A stretch of DNA of 64,000 nucleotides, taken from contig NC_091978.1 in the NCBI RefSeq assembly GCF_044704955.1, positions 273,172,001-273,236,000 on the forward strand, in the 5' to 3' direction. Position 1 is the first letter of the stretch. Every line of letters begins with the position of its first letter. Made by a program: the position numbers and the translations under genes. This DNA comes from Pristiophorus japonicus. Taxonomy: Eukaryota. Below are positions 48,700 to 62,338 of the stretch, one piece after another. The notes below the pieces were generated by a model, which made no database searches, had not been told where the DNA came from, and was given only the letters and a program-made list of their open reading frames with translations.

Positions 48700-48960
48700 A
48701 TAACAATGAAATGTTAGAATTTGTCTCAAGGCTTAATGGATAACCGCATCACTAAGTATAGTACTAAATCACAGTTTAGTAAAGTCCGAGGCTTAAATCT
48801 TTGATCTATGCTAAGTTAGCTGATCTTGTTTGCGGTGGTATTAAGATGTTATAAGTGGGTTTGAACACCCCTGGTTTAGAGATGGAAGGTTAGGGAAAAT
48901 TAGCTAAGGTTCCTGCTTTCAATCACTGTCCACTGACTCCTCAAAGTGTGTATACGCATA
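48700..48960 (+). mobile_element. LF-SINE-like fragment, cut by the adjacent CR1
   Basis: GCTAAGTTAGCTGATCT..CCCCTGG..GGAAAATTAGCTAAGGTTCCTGCT..TCCACTGAC resembles the LF-SINE core as I recall it. Confidence 0.5.
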
Positions 48961-48962
48961 GT

Positions 48963-51655
48963 TAGAAACATAGAAAATAGGTGCAGGAGTAGGCAATTCG
49001 GTCCTTCGAGCCTGCACCGCCATTCAATAAGATCATGGCTGAACATTCCCTCAGTACCCCTGTCCTGCTTTCTCTCCATACCCCTTGATCCCCATAGCCG
49101 TAAGGGCCATATCTAACTCCCTCTTGAATATATCCAATGAACTGGCATCAACAACTCTCTGCGGCAGGGAATTCCATAGGTTAACAACTCTGAGTGAAGA
49201 AGTTTCTCCTCATCTCAGTCCTAAATGGACTACCCCTTATCCTAAGACTATGTCCCCTGGTTCTGGACTTCCCCAACATCGGGAATATTCTTCCCGCATC
49301 TAACCTGTCCATTCCCGTCAGAATCTTATACATTTCTATGAGATCCCCTCACATTCTTCTAAACTCCAGTGAATAAAGGCCCAGTTGATCAAGTCTCTCC
49401 TCATATGACAGTCCAGCCATCCCTGGAATCAGTCTAGTGAACCTTCGCTGCACTCCCTCAATAGCAAGAACGTCCTTACTCAGATTAGGTGACCAAAACT
49501 GAACACAATATTCCAGGTGAGGCCTCACTGAGGCCCTGTACAACTGCAGTAAGACCTCCCCGCTCCTATATTCAAATCCCCTAGCTATGAAGGCCAACAT
49601 ACCATTTGCTGCCTTCACCGCCTGCTGTACCTGCATGCCCACTTTCAGTGACTGATGAACCATGACACCCAGGTCTCGTTGCACCTCCCCTTTTCCTAAT
49701 CTGCCGCCATTCAGATAATATTCTGCCTTCGTGTTTTTGCCCCCAAAGTGGATAATCTCACATTTATCCACATTATACTGCATCTGCCATGTATTTGCCT
49801 ACTCGCCTAACCTGTCCAAGTCACCCTGCACCCTCTTAGCGTCCTCCTCACAGCTCACACCGCCACCCAGTTTAGTGTCATCAGCAAACTTGGAGATATT
49901 ACACTCAATTCCATCATCTAAATCATTAATATATATTGTAAAGAGCTGGGCTCCCAGCACTGAGCCCTGCGGCACTCCACTAGTCACTGCCTGCCATTCT
50001 GAAAAGGACCCGTTTATCCCGACTCTGCTTCCTATCTGCCAACCAGTTCTCTATCCACGTCAGTACATTACCGTCAATACCATGTGCTTTGATTTTGCAT
50101 ACCAATCTCTTATGTGGGACCTTGTCAAAAGCCTTTTGAAAGTCCAAATGCACCACATCCACTGGTTCTCCCTTGTCCACTCTACTAGTTACATCCTCAA
50201 AAAATTCCAGAAGATTTGTCAAGCATGATTTCCCTTTCATAAATTCATGCTGACTTGGACAGATCCTATCACTGCTTTCCAAATGCGCTGCTATTTCATC
50301 CTTAATGATTGATTCCAACATTTTCCCCACTACTGATGTCAGGCTAACCAGTCTATAATTACCTGTTTTCTCTCTCCCTCCTTTTTAAAAAAAGTAGTGT
50401 TACATTCGCAACCCTCTAGTCCATAGGAACTGATCCTGAGTCGATAAACTGCTGGAAAATTATCACCAATGCATCCACTATTACTAGGGCCACTTCCTTA
50501 AGTACTCTGGGATGTAGACTATCAGGCCCTGGGGATTTATCGGCCTTCAATTCCCTAACACAATTTCCTGCCTAATAAGGATATTCTTCAGTTCCTCCTT
50601 CTCACTAGACCTTCGGTCCCCCAATACATCCGGAAGGTTATTTGTGTCTTCCTTTGTGAAGACAGAACCGAAGTACTTGTTCAATTGGTCTGCCATTTCT
50701 TTGTTCCCCATTATAAATTCACCCGAATCCGACTGCAAGGGACCTACGTTTGTCTTCACTAATCTTTTTCTCTTCACATATCTATAGAAGCTTTTGCAGT
50801 CAGTTTTTAACGTTTCCAGCAAGCTTCCTCTCGTACTCTATTTTCTGAATTAAACCCTTTGTCCTCCTCTGTTGAATTCTAAATTTTTCCCAGTCCTCCG
50901 GTTTGCTGCTTTTTCTGGCTAATTTGTATGCCTCTTCCTTGGATTTAACACTATCCTTAATTTCCCTTGCTAGCCACGGTTGAGCCACCTTCCCAATTTT
51001 ATTTTTACTCCAGACAGGGATGTACAATTGTTGAAGTTCATCCATATGATCTTTAAAGGTTTGCCATTGCCTATCCACCGTCAACCCTTTAAGTATCATT
51101 TGCCAGTCTAATCTAGCCAATTCGCGCCTCATACCGTCAAAGTTACCTTTCCTTAAGTTCAGGACCCTAGTTTCTGAATTAACTTTGTCACTCTCCATCT
51201 TAATAAAGAATTCTACCATATTATGGTCACTCTTCCCCAAGGGGTCTCGCACAACAAGATTGCTAATTAGTCCCTTCTCATTACACATCACCCAGTCTAG
51301 GATGGCCAGCTCTCTGGTTGGTTCCTCGACATATTGGTCTAGAAAACCATCCCTAATACACTCCAGGAAATCCTCCTCAACCGCATTGCTACCAGTTAGG
51401 TTAGCCCAATGAATATGTAGATTAAAGTCGCCCATGATTACTGCTGTACCTTTATTGCGCACATCCCTTATTTCTTGTTTGATGCTGTCCCCAACCTCAC
51501 TACTACTGTTTGGTGGTCTGTACACAACTCCCACTAGCGTTTTCTTCCCTTTGGTATTGCGTAGCTCCACCCATACCGATTACACATCATCCAAGCTAAT
51601 GTCCTTCCTTACAATTGCATTAATTTCCTCTTTAACCAGCAACGCCACCCCACCC
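48963..51655 (-). mobile_element. 5'-truncated CR1 LINE in a ZBTB49 intron
   Basis: ORF2 fragments 49349-51570 with EN and RT motifs; AGAAACATAGAAA tail. Confidence 0.93.
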
Positions 51656-51660
51656 CACCC

Positions 51661-52810
51661 CAGCTGGTAGCACCCTCGTCCGAGTCAGGTTGTGGGTTCA
51701 TAGAAACATAGAAAATAGGTGCAGGAGTAGGCCATTCGGCCCTTCTAGCCTGCACCACCATTCTATGAGTTCATGGCTGAACATGCAACTTCAGTACCCC
51801 ATTCCTGCTTTCTCGCCATACCCCTTGATCCCCCGAGTAGTAAGGACTTCATCTAACTCCTTTTTGAATATATTTAGTGAATTGGCCTCAACAACTTTCT
51901 GTGGTAGAGAATTCCACAGGTTCACCACTCTCTGGGTGAAGAAGTTTCTCCTCATCTCGATCCTAAATGGCTTACCCCTTATCCTTAGACTGTGACCCCT
52001 GGTTCTGGACTTCCCCAACATTGGGAACATTCTTCCTGCATCTAACCTGTCTGAACCCATCAGAATTTTAAACGTTTCTATGAGATCCCCTCTCATTCTT
52101 CTGAACTCCAGTGAATACAAGCCCAGTTGATCCAGTCTTTCTTGATAGGTCAGTCCCGCCATCCCGGGAATCAGTCTGGTGAACCTTCGCTGCACTCCCT
52201 CAATAGCAAGAATGTCCTTCCTCAAGTTACACAATACTCCAGGTGTGGCCTCACAAAGGCCCTATACAACTGTAGCAACACCTCCCTGCCCCTGTACTCA
52301 AATCCCCTCGCCATAAAGGCCAACATGCCATTTGCTTTCTTAACCGCCTGCTGTACCTGCATGCCAACCTTCAATAACCGATGTACCATGACACCAGGTC
52401 TCGTTGCACCTTCCCTTTTCCTAATCTGCCACTCCACAAAAGGAGCACAAAAATCTAGGCTGACACTCCATTGCAGTATTGAGTGAGCTCTGCACTGTTG
52501 GAGGTGCCGCCTTTCAGATGAAACGTTAAACTGAGGCCCTGTCTGTTCTCTCAGGTGGATATAAAAGATCCCATGGCACTATTTTGAAGAAGAGCAGGGG
52601 AGTTACCTGAAGAGAGTGGCCAATATTTATTCCTCAATCAACATCACTAAATCGGAATATCTGGTCATTATCATATTGATGTTTGTGGGAGCTTGCTGTG
52701 CACAAATTGGCTGCTGCGTTTCCTACATTACAACAGTGACTACACTTCATTGGCTGTAAAGGGCTTTGGAACTTCGCTCAGTAGTCGTGAAAGACGCTAT
52801 ATAAATGCAA
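51661..52810 (+). mobile_element. tRNA-derived Deu-domain SINE (SacSINE1-like) split by a CR1 3' fragment
   Basis: Head CAGCTGGTAGCACCCTCG..GAGTCAGGTTGTGGGTTCA (A/B-box-like) at 51661-51700. Body resumes at ~52430 with GGAGGTGCCG..AAAAGATCCCATGGCACTATTTTGAAGAAGAGCAGGGGAGTT; tail GCTATATAAATGCAA. Confidence 0.75.
51699..52430 (-). mobile_element. CR1 3' fragment
   Basis: ORF 51791-52234 nearly matches the C-terminus of 23203-23838. Confidence 0.92.
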
Positions 52811-53191
52811 TGTTTGGAAGTTGAAAGTTTCTATTTATATTTCTGAATAAAAATTCTACACCTATTAAAAAAATTACATTAAAAAAATCTATAAATTCAT
52901 CAAAACAGAAATTTGTTCTTTTAAGTTCTGGGATTTCCTTTGAGTATCACATCACTATCTAACTATGCAGTGCATTAAGATGTCCTTTCTCTATCCACTC
53001 ACAACATAAGTTCAGGACCCTCATCTGTATTGGTTAACACTTTTTGTGACAGTAAGTACCATGAGGGATAAAACCTGATGTGTGTGGTCCAGCTACTATC
53101 TGGAAAAGCTTGCTGAGCCATCAGTAAACCAATAAATATTTTAAACAAAAAAAAATGTTAAGAGCACTCGATGTTTTAACAATGAACCTAC

Positions 53192-53353
53192 CGCAAGTTA
53201 AACAATTATATGGTCGCTCTCCTGTATGACGGATTCTGTGTTTGACAAGCTTCCTCTGCATGTTAAAAGACTTTCCACACTGATCACAAGTGAACAGTTT
53301 ATCTGCACTGTGTGTCTTCTTGTGTTCCTTTAAATTACTGAAGTTACTGAAAC
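53192..53353 (-). CDS. ZBTB49: ZBTB49 internal zinc-finger exon
   Basis: AG|GT TTC..: (G)[53 protein letters not shown](G)|GTAGGT; this peptide is characteristic of ZBTB49. Confidence 0.95.
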
Positions 53354-54574
53354 CTAGGCAAAATTTCAACAATTAAAAATTGAAAAAAAATCACATTGCT
53401 GCATACTGCAACACAAGTATTCACAAACTTTGATTATTAGTAAAGAGCAGTGCTATCACTGGCCTGTCAGGACAGTATCAATATGCTATAGGAGACATTG
53501 TATGCAAGCTGATATACTTCTTGTGGGCTACTCTTACTTTAACACCTCGGATTATCCCCATCATCGTCAGCAGTATTTCTGACACAAGGCAAGTTAGAAG
53601 ATTAAAATCTATTATATTGCAGGATTTTTTTTCAGAATTCAAGTAATTATGCTTTTCTAAAGTCCTACTGAAAACAATCCCAAGCATGAAGCCATGGAAT
53701 TTTTTTCCCCCAAAGCAAGTGCGTGAAGCAGTCAACATGGTGCATCAACATGCTGTGTAGGGGGGGGCAGATTTACACCTGTGATTTTCCACAAAGTCAG
53801 TTACTGTTTGCAATAGCCATGGCAGGGATGGGAGAGACCAGGCTTGCGTCCAGTGGAAGAGTTAAAAAAAAATCATCACGAAAGTCACACAGGCCATTTT
53901 TGTGCTCCTCACAGACGTTGGCTGACAACCGGAAGCTCATCTGTTTGTACTGTTGAGTTGTAGAATGGTCTATTGCTGTGTGTGGAAGCTTAAGAAAATA
54001 GGAGTAGAAAAAAGGAGCGCAAAAACTAATTAAAATCATGAGTCTGACTACAGTAACCAGTTTTCTAAACAGTGGGTTCTGTAGTTTATTTAAAACAAAT
54101 GGCAACCGAGGTCTGGGTGGCACACAAAGATTCTTGATCTTTTACTTCTGTGACGGAAGTTGCAACCCAGCCCTAAAGATTGAGTTAAAAAAATCTTATG
54201 GATTTGAAGGTCAGGTGAATTTAAAATAACCCCAGTCTGATTTCCAGTGACATGTGTCTTCAGCACAAAATAGTTTATTCATAACAGGACATCAACTTGA
54301 CAAAATCGACTGGAAAAGATTGACAAAATTAGAAATGAAAAGAATTAGAGCACGCATTAACTGTGCAACAAATCACACTGTTGTTCTACATAGCAACTGA
54401 CCAAGTAAGAAACTGTGGCTTGAAAAGAGGAAGAGAAAAAGATTCAGAATGCAAGGTATTGTGATAGAGATGCCCAAATACAGAAATTGAGGATACTCAC
54501 CAACAGACTTGTTTTCACATCGTTTTTTTTTTAAATCAAGCTAGACACATTCAAGTCTTATAAATATAAAAATG

Positions 54575-54700
54575 AACTGAGTTAACATTTCAGGCCGATG
54601 ACCTTTCATCAGAATGATGTAATGACCTGAAACATTAACTCTGTTTCTCTCTCCATAGATACTGCCTGATCTGCTGAGTATTTCCAGAAGCTTTTGAGCT
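54575..54700. repeat. Short palindromic interspersed repeat fragment
   Basis: GAGTTAACATTTCAGG ... CCTGAAACATTAACTC inverted arms followed by TTTCTCTCTCCATAGATACTGCCTGATCTGCTGAG; resembles a common shark repeat (from recall). Confidence 0.5.
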
Positions 54701-54819
54701 GGAATAATGGATGCAACTTTACCCCCATTTTTGCTTTCCATATTGGATTTTAATGTAAAGGTCAGAATTTATACATCTTCAGTTTATAGATCAAGAGAAA
54801 TGAAATATTTCAGACAAAC

Positions 54820-54902
54820 CTCGACCACAAATGTCACACAGATGAGGTTTCTGGCCTGTGTGAATAACAATATGGCGTTGTACATCACCTGAGGCAGCAA
54901 AC
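54820..54902 (-). CDS. ZBTB49: ZBTB49 internal zinc-finger exon
   Basis: TTTCAG|(R)FAASGDVQRHIVIHTGQKPHLCDICGR(G)|GTTTGT; phases fit both neighbours. Confidence 0.93.
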
Positions 54903-55010
54903 CTGAAATAAAGGGCAAGGCTTTAGAGATAAAGAACAAGTTTGCTTTTTGTTTAAACCAATGAACCATTACAAGTTTCAAAATATTGTACACTCTCCAA
55001 TGCAAGAGAC

Positions 55011-55737
55011 TGGCCCAAAATCCAAGTCAGCTGCTTCCCACGGGCGATTGGGTAAAAAAACCTTTTTAAAAAACGCGCACTTACCTGAAGCTGCTGCGCC
55101 CACGCGAGTTCCCGGTCCTGAGGCCTCCTATGACTGCGCGTCACAACGCATGCACGTCAGGATATGCGCAAGGCTGGAGCTGGGCAGCCAATCAGGTAAA
55201 GTATGTTGTCATTCATAATAATGGGAACTCCGTAAGTTGGAGTTCTCATTATTATGAATGAGAAACCTCCCCAAACACACACAACATTCAATAATATACT
55301 GCATATTTAACATTAATTTAAATTAGTTATTTATTATTAAAACTATACATTTTTCCAATTTTTTAAAAACGTTTTTTTAATTATGCTTTAAAATAAATTT
55401 AATGTAGTGGGCAGGGTTTTTAAAAATAAAGTTTTTTTTATTTTATTTTTTATGTTTTAAGTGTGTTTTAAGACTCTTACACCTGACTTTTATCAGGCGC
55501 AAGAGTTTTCAGGACATTTGCTGGGCAAAATATGGGTAGGTACCGCAATCTTGCCCTTGCAAATGTCCTGGCTGCTGATATATGGAAGATCTGTCAAGCT
55601 CCAGCTTGACAGATCGGAAAAGCCGGTTTTCAGCGTATGCGCATTGTGTGCTGCAAATCGGCTTTTGCAATACCTTCCCGGGTCCGTAGGAACTTCGTAT
55701 GGACCCGGGAGGCCGGCATTTCTGCCCCACTATCTTC
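55011..55737. mobile_element. Probable non-autonomous DNA element (GC-rich ends, AT-rich core)
   Basis: CpG-rich flanks around an AT-rich centre, ending ATTTCTGCCCC; the left TIR is degenerate. Confidence 0.4.
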
Positions 55738-56310
55738 CTCCCCAAAATATCTCATACAAATGTCTAACACCAGACTGTAAAATTACTAGTAACTGTGAAT
55801 TCTTTTGGATGGTAATCTAGTTATCTCACTTCTACCCATAGTATAGAAATCTTACCATATTTTTAAATCCCATATTTAGATCTAAAAATGTTCCAATTGT
55901 TTTTTTCCTTTCCATACACTCTAGATGATGCGATAATCACTTTTCAAAATAACGGCATGCTGCACACATCAAATAAAACATGGCCTTGTTGCCTGTTAAG
56001 CTTTGGAAAATATCCATCCAGGTATCCTGGACTTTATCAAACTCAGAACTCCCTGCCTCTCTACTTATTGTCAATCCAACTTGGCTCTCTAGGCCTTCCT
56101 AACCTCACACAACTCTTCAGGTTTTCTGCCGTCTCCACAATCTGCCCACTTAACGCAGATTGATCCATGGGAACACAATGTGTCCAGTATGTCCCGTGAC
56201 CACTGTAACCGGTCAAATCAGGTCTTATGGCTTAAGTCTGCTAATAAGTAGTTTACACCACAGTAGATAATTATCAATAATACATTTTAAAAACAGGTTG
56301 CTACCATTAC

Positions 56311-56384
56311 CTTTTGCCACAGATTTCACAAATGTATGGCTTTTCACCAGAGTGTCGTCGTAAATGAGTTTGCAGATTTCCTGC
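56311..56384 (-). CDS. ZBTB49: ZBTB49 internal zinc-finger exon
   Basis: TGCCAG|[24 protein letters not shown](R)|GTAATG; 74 nt. Confidence 0.93.
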
Positions 56385-57253
56385 CTGGCAAAAATTAAAA
56401 TGAAAATTTAAGCCAATATACTGAAATCCACAACACAATGGGATATAAAAGCTCAACCATCAACTTCCCCACTTTATACAGTCATCGTCATTCTTTGAAT
56501 AGAAGCATCCTTCACACACTAGTAAGAGCAAGACCAGTCCCCAACTGAAAGGCAATAATGCTTTTAAGATGCTTTAGATGTCTCTCATGACAATTACATG
56601 ACTTCAGCAATAACTCTCTACAGAGCTGATCTCTCTGAAAGGTACAGAACATGGACAATTGGATAGGTGGGTAGTATGTGAATGATACTTCCATCCATCC
56701 ATATCAACAGGATTTTGACTTAATGGTACCTCAGAACAAGAAGAATCTTTCAGGTCAGCATTCAAAAATACAAATAACAAATTCCAACTATTTTTTTAGC
56801 AGATCCAAACAACAGTGTTTGGCAGAAGTATCGAGGATTACTCCAACAATTTTACTGATTCTTTCCGAATTAATGTTGACCTTGAGGTTGGTCTAAGAAG
56901 CAATACTGATGCTTCAATACCATTTATCGATGGTTGCTTCCCCACTAAATGGGTAACAGTGTAAAACATATTCCACTAACTACTTGGCAAGCTTCTATTT
57001 GGAAATTAGAGCTCAAATGGCCTGAGGTCCAGCTGATAAAAATAGTTTTAATGAACTGATCTAGTCTGGTTCATTGTAATGTAAACCTGGAGTTACTAAC
57101 TTTTTTGGCTCCACGTTATCAAGACTGCTTTCTATATGGGAAATTCAAGATCACAGGAACTTGTAAGATAAAACTTATTTGCATGTTGTGACAGTATTTT
57201 AATAATGCTTTATAAGGTCCTGCAGTATATATCACTTTCTTATCACTAAAAGT

Positions 57254-57717
57254 TGCAAGACCGAGCTTGGTAATTAATTATGCTTAAGTTGTTTGTGTAG
57301 AAGTTCCCAGGGAGGATAGCAAGATAATGGTAGACTGGGCTATTGAAGGTCAAAGGATGTTTGAGTTAATAACGAGAGCATTGCAATGACATGAGGCCCA
57401 GACAGCTGCAAGCTATCACAGCACTTGAAAGGGAAAAAAGATGTAAGAGAAGCAGCTATTGAACCCTGAAGGCAGCGTGGACACAGAGAAAGACTGGAAG
57501 AGAACTACAGTCAACAGAACACAGCAAGAGACTGCGTCGCAGTCACTCAGTGGGCTTCCGTTGCAGTTTCAAGGAACAGACTATCGACTAGTTAAGTATT
57601 ATTTATTTGTACTGGAAGTAAACCACTTAATAAAATCTGTTGTGCTTATAAACAATATACCTGTACCCAGCGTGGTTTGTTGTGGTCACGGACGAGTCTC
57701 TTCTATCAGATCTTACA
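57254..57717 (+). repeat. Possible old LTR
   Basis: TGCAAGACC...GATCTTACA imperfect inverted termini, AATAAA near the 3' end, and TGG 2 nt downstream; no partner copy in the window. Confidence 0.35.
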
Positions 57718-59806
57718 ACTGGAAATAGCTCTAAAAGAAATGTAAATAAAAAGTCCAGAAACCAACATTTAAATCCCACAAAGGCACCAGAATGTTGTAT
57801 GTTGGAAAATTCTTTCAGACTTCCTTTATGAATCAGGAGCTGAGGGTCTGCACCCCAAAAAACATTCTGGTAAGGGAAGGAGGAAAAATTGTCATAGCTG
57901 ACGTACATGCACATTTGAAACTTTGAGCTGCTAGAAGTTCTTTAATTTGATAGATCTCAGCAGATACGGAATTGTGGCTTTATACCAGAGATTTCTTATT
58001 GGCAGAAGCCTCCTTGAAGACCCATGAAGTCACCAATATGGAGAGTGGAAGATATTCCTAGAAGAACTGAATTCATTCAATATCCTAGACATCAATTAGA
58101 AACTGTCTGTGAAAGAATGCAAACTTTTGCCTTGAACTGAGACAGAAAACCTACCTACCATGACAGTGAGATCAGAAGGTAAAAATCTGAGTGATGTCCA
58201 TGATTTGCTTTTCCAATAAATGGCAATGAGAATGATATAATCCATCCATTACTTCTGCAGAGCTTTAAGAGTCAGAGTAAATGAAAGAAACATATATATG
58301 TTGCTCAAAGACATGGTTAGACTGTCAGTGGGTTCAACAGTTTCTCCAAGTGGAACAAAACTAGAAGTTTCCTCCTGGAGTGTGTTAGGATGGGGGTTAT
58401 GACTGGAAAAGAAAGCAGTGTACCTCCCATGGCAGAGGTCTACTCCTTGAAGGTCTTGGTTTTGAACTGGTCAAAAAAAGTGGCTGGATTTGATTTGTAC
58501 AGAGACCCAGACTTGCTTAAAAAGGTAATTTCCTCACTGTTCCTCTGAACCTGTAAGAGTTAGGAAAATGTCTTCAACCATGAGATTGTATAAAAATGTT
58601 GGCCATATCACATAAATCTGAGTCAATGGTGCGCACAATCTTTGTATTGCTACTATGCATCTAAACCAAAAAAACTGGAATATGTGTCCAGCTATTTCCT
58701 TAATGGAGGCACACATGGATGAATAGTTGTTACTGATAATTGGGTAAGAAATCCAGAAATATTAAGCAGGACGCTGGAGACATTACTTGAGAGATGTCTA
58801 ATATTGATCACAGTAGCAAAACCCTTAAAGAGAGGACATAATTCCTTGAGAACGATACATAAATGTTCAAAGCAGATGGTGATGGTCAGCTCCTGGTATT
58901 TAAATGTACTGAAAATGCATCATGATACAGAGCGTCAGTAATGAAGAGTGTGACTCAACACGGAGCATTGGCAGCAGAATTTGACAACACACAGTCGCAA
59001 TGAAAGAGTCCCAGGAGCCACAAGATTGGTTGGTGGAGCAGGCCTCAGCATTAAAACTACCAAACAAAGAATGAAGTAATTTCTGTGGATGGGTCCTTCC
59101 CCATTCTGGACCCATGAAGACTCGGTACCAATAGGGATCAATCTGCCTTTGGTGAGGGTCTCCTTTCTACAGCCAAAGACCTAGACCAAATGCCCAATAC
59201 TGGCTAGTATGAAGCTTGTATTCAAATGCTATTTTGATACATTTGTGCAACTTCCAAGTTAAGGTTGTGTCATAAGCAGCAGTGATTTGGATGATTTCCA
59301 TACTCAGTCCTTTGTAACTTAGCCTGAATAATCTGCAATGGCCACCTTCGTTGTGGCCACTATCAGGTTGCTTCTTCCTGTAACTGCTGCTTGATCTGAT
59401 TAGAACCAAGCACCAAGAGGTGCCAATGAACATGTTTCAGTCGGAATGGAATGGTAACTTCTCCCTGCTTACAAGAAAAACCTAGGTGATGCAACATCTC
59501 CACTCGTGGTTAAATGGTCGTGCAGGTCATTGTAGTAACCTTGACGAGCATTTCTGTGGAGGACCTGGCCACAAAGGACAGACTAAAGGGCAGCATTCAT
59601 GTCGGAAACATTTTCCCACTATTTTAAATCAATGATACTTTCTGGGACGCATCACAATGGCAACCAGCAGTAGCCACATTGAGGACTCACTCCCATATAG
59701 AAGTAAATCCTTGTTACAGCTCAGGATCTTGAACATTTTCCACAGAGAGTATTTAGGGGGGAGTGGGGGAAAAATGTTACTTTAAAATATGTGCTTTAAA
59801 AGCTTA

Positions 59807-60527
59807 GGGGGAGAAATTAGGCTCATTTACACCAGTTAGTGCCTCCGGGGGATGATAACGGGGCACAAATGGGGTTGTGACCGGGCGCAGCAGGATCAGC
59901 TTAGCGGGAGTTTTGCGGCGGCGGCGGTACAGCGTTACACCCCGATCTCCTTTGCCCAGTGATCATGAAGTCATCGCTATGCACATCACCCAGAATCCGA
60001 ACTTGCATCCGTCCCCTGCAGCATCGCCAGGCGAAAACACTGACAGCTGCAGCAGGCATCCATCGGGAGGCCGGAAGCTTTGGGGGCGATGCTTAAAGGC
60101 GAAGCGGCCGAGGTTAAAAAAAACATTTCAAATCTCGCTTTCCAATTTTTTACCTTGTTTGCTGCTCGCGATCGATTAGCCCGGCACTCTGCTGCAGTGC
60201 ATCGGGCTGATCGGGCCAGATCGCAGCTGCAGTCGAGGAGTCTTTTGCAGAGCCTGCAGCTGCGGCCCTTCCTTATAAGGGAGGGAAGGAGCCTTCCAAC
60301 ACAGCAGTGCTGCATGGCCCATTGTGCAGCACTGCACAGCTACCGCCCCGCCTGCTGCCTCTTGCGCTCCAGGAAGGAAGTGAAGCGCTTGATTTAGCAA
60401 TCCTCTTCCTTCCTGGAGCGCAAACACTGATTTTTTTAAAAAGTTTGAAAACATTAGCGTCTGCCATTAATTTATCAAACTTTTAAAAATTAGCGCCCCA
60501 AACGGGGTGCTCCCCAATTACTCCCCC
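59807..60527. mobile_element. MITE-like non-autonomous DNA element
   Basis: TIRs GGGGGAGAAATTAG / CCAATTACTCCCCC; preceded by TTA; homologous to 43004-43718. Confidence 0.75.
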
Positions 60528-62338
60528 ATCATTTCTACTGGCAAGTAAAGAAAGGGTCGGAGACTGTAAGTAGTTTGGATACTAATAAGCTAACTGTGAT
60601 GATGTATCCTCATAGACTACAACTAATAAGCAATTTAGTGGCTTATCAATAAACACCAAATACCCGTAGTGTTTGATGTTTTCTTAAATCTCTTTCTGAC
60701 TGAATAGTCAGGAATAAAGCTGTGTTACAGACACATAAAAGACTAAATTCCAACTCACGATCTGTCAAATTAAGAGTACAAAGAGGCTTCGCTGCATCTT
60801 TCAACTCCTGTTAGAAATCAACGTGCTGGCGAAAAGTTGGGGCTACATGTCCACCTACTCCGAAGTAATTACGCTTTCAATTTTTAAGTCTTCTGCAAGT
60901 AGGCACAGAAAGCCTGTTGCACAGCATAAGGGGACTGGACGAAAGGTTTTTTATTGGGAATTAAGTTCTAACACACAACAATTAATAGGTACCATCGATT
61001 GTACATTGTCCTGTTAGGCTGTGTATCCTGCAAGACAATAGTTTACAATCAGCAAATGCAAATTTTGGAACAATCACTGTAGATTGCCTTTTATGTTTTC
61101 ATTTAAATCATGAGAACGGAAGCATTTATATTTTTGGATGTCCCGAACATGTGTCACCAGATGGTATGTTTAGTGTTGTAAATACTGAGGAAATTGACCT
61201 AGATATTTTGTAAAATATATGCCATCAAGGATCGTGACTGTCTTACTATCTACAGTAACATAACCACATCACAGAATGATCTCGAGTCAGTCATTGACTC
61301 TGTTTGAACAAACTTGGTGAGAAAAAAGGAAAATTAACTGTGCTACAGGGACAACATTGTGCTTACACAATCTTGCATTTTCTTACCACTTTTGCATGGC
61401 GACAGATTGACTTCACTTATTCAAACAACATTATTAAATGCAAACCATCCAGCAGTTACTTTATAGAATGCTTGTTGCCGACGTGGTGAGACCCGAAATG
61501 AATACCTTATAGGCTAACAATCAGAAAGTAAAAGAACCACCGCCCACATGATCCCAGGTTCGTATACTCACAACAGTGCGCTCCTAGGCTCCGTGGGGAG
61601 TACGCTGCGCAGAACTCTGCAGCGTTTTAAAGGAAGTTCTCGCAGGGGGGAAAATTGCACGAAGTAGGTGCAGATTTACTTGTGATGTCGGCAGTGTACT
61701 CTTTAGCTTCGTTGACCACAAATTCAGGCTCTGTCTCATTTTCATAGCACAGAAGCTGCTGAGGCAGAAAGATCCCAGGAAAGGATGGCTCAAAAAGTTA
61801 GCATGCAGAGGAGTTAGTCTGTTTAAATCAAGCAAGGTGACCCAGTGAGGTAGCGCAGTGTGTTTATCTTTAGATCGTAGCACAGAGATAAATTGTATCA
61901 ATTGAACAAGGTGAATTTGATTATAAATATGGCTCTATGTGTTCATCTTACTATGTAACAAAGCAGCTTAACAATTCAAATCTCATCTACTGTTGACTTA
62001 GTCCACCTTCAGAGAGATTGAAGATATACACGTGCAGAAAACATGGTCTGGATCACAAGAAGACGTTATTGTTAAGTCACTGGGTTATGCTATCACGCAA
62101 ATAGATATAGGGCAGTCTGAATAACTGCCATAAAAGTTGCAAAGACCACTGAAGGGAATGACGGACACCACAGACCCCAAGGGGGCATTTATGGCAGACC
62201 CAAATTTGTAACAGTCCAACACCACACAGGCAAGGTTATCAACATTTTGACTCTTTAACCTTGTTTTTAAAAAAAAGACAGCAAAAAAAATATATATTTA
62301 GAATACCTTTCATCATACTTGTACAATAACTATTTTAC

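Noticed and set aside
61584-61901. 105-aa minus-strand ORF as an extra ZBTB49 exon
   Set aside because: The flanking exons already join in frame into a complete zinc finger, and the ORF has no recognisable motif.
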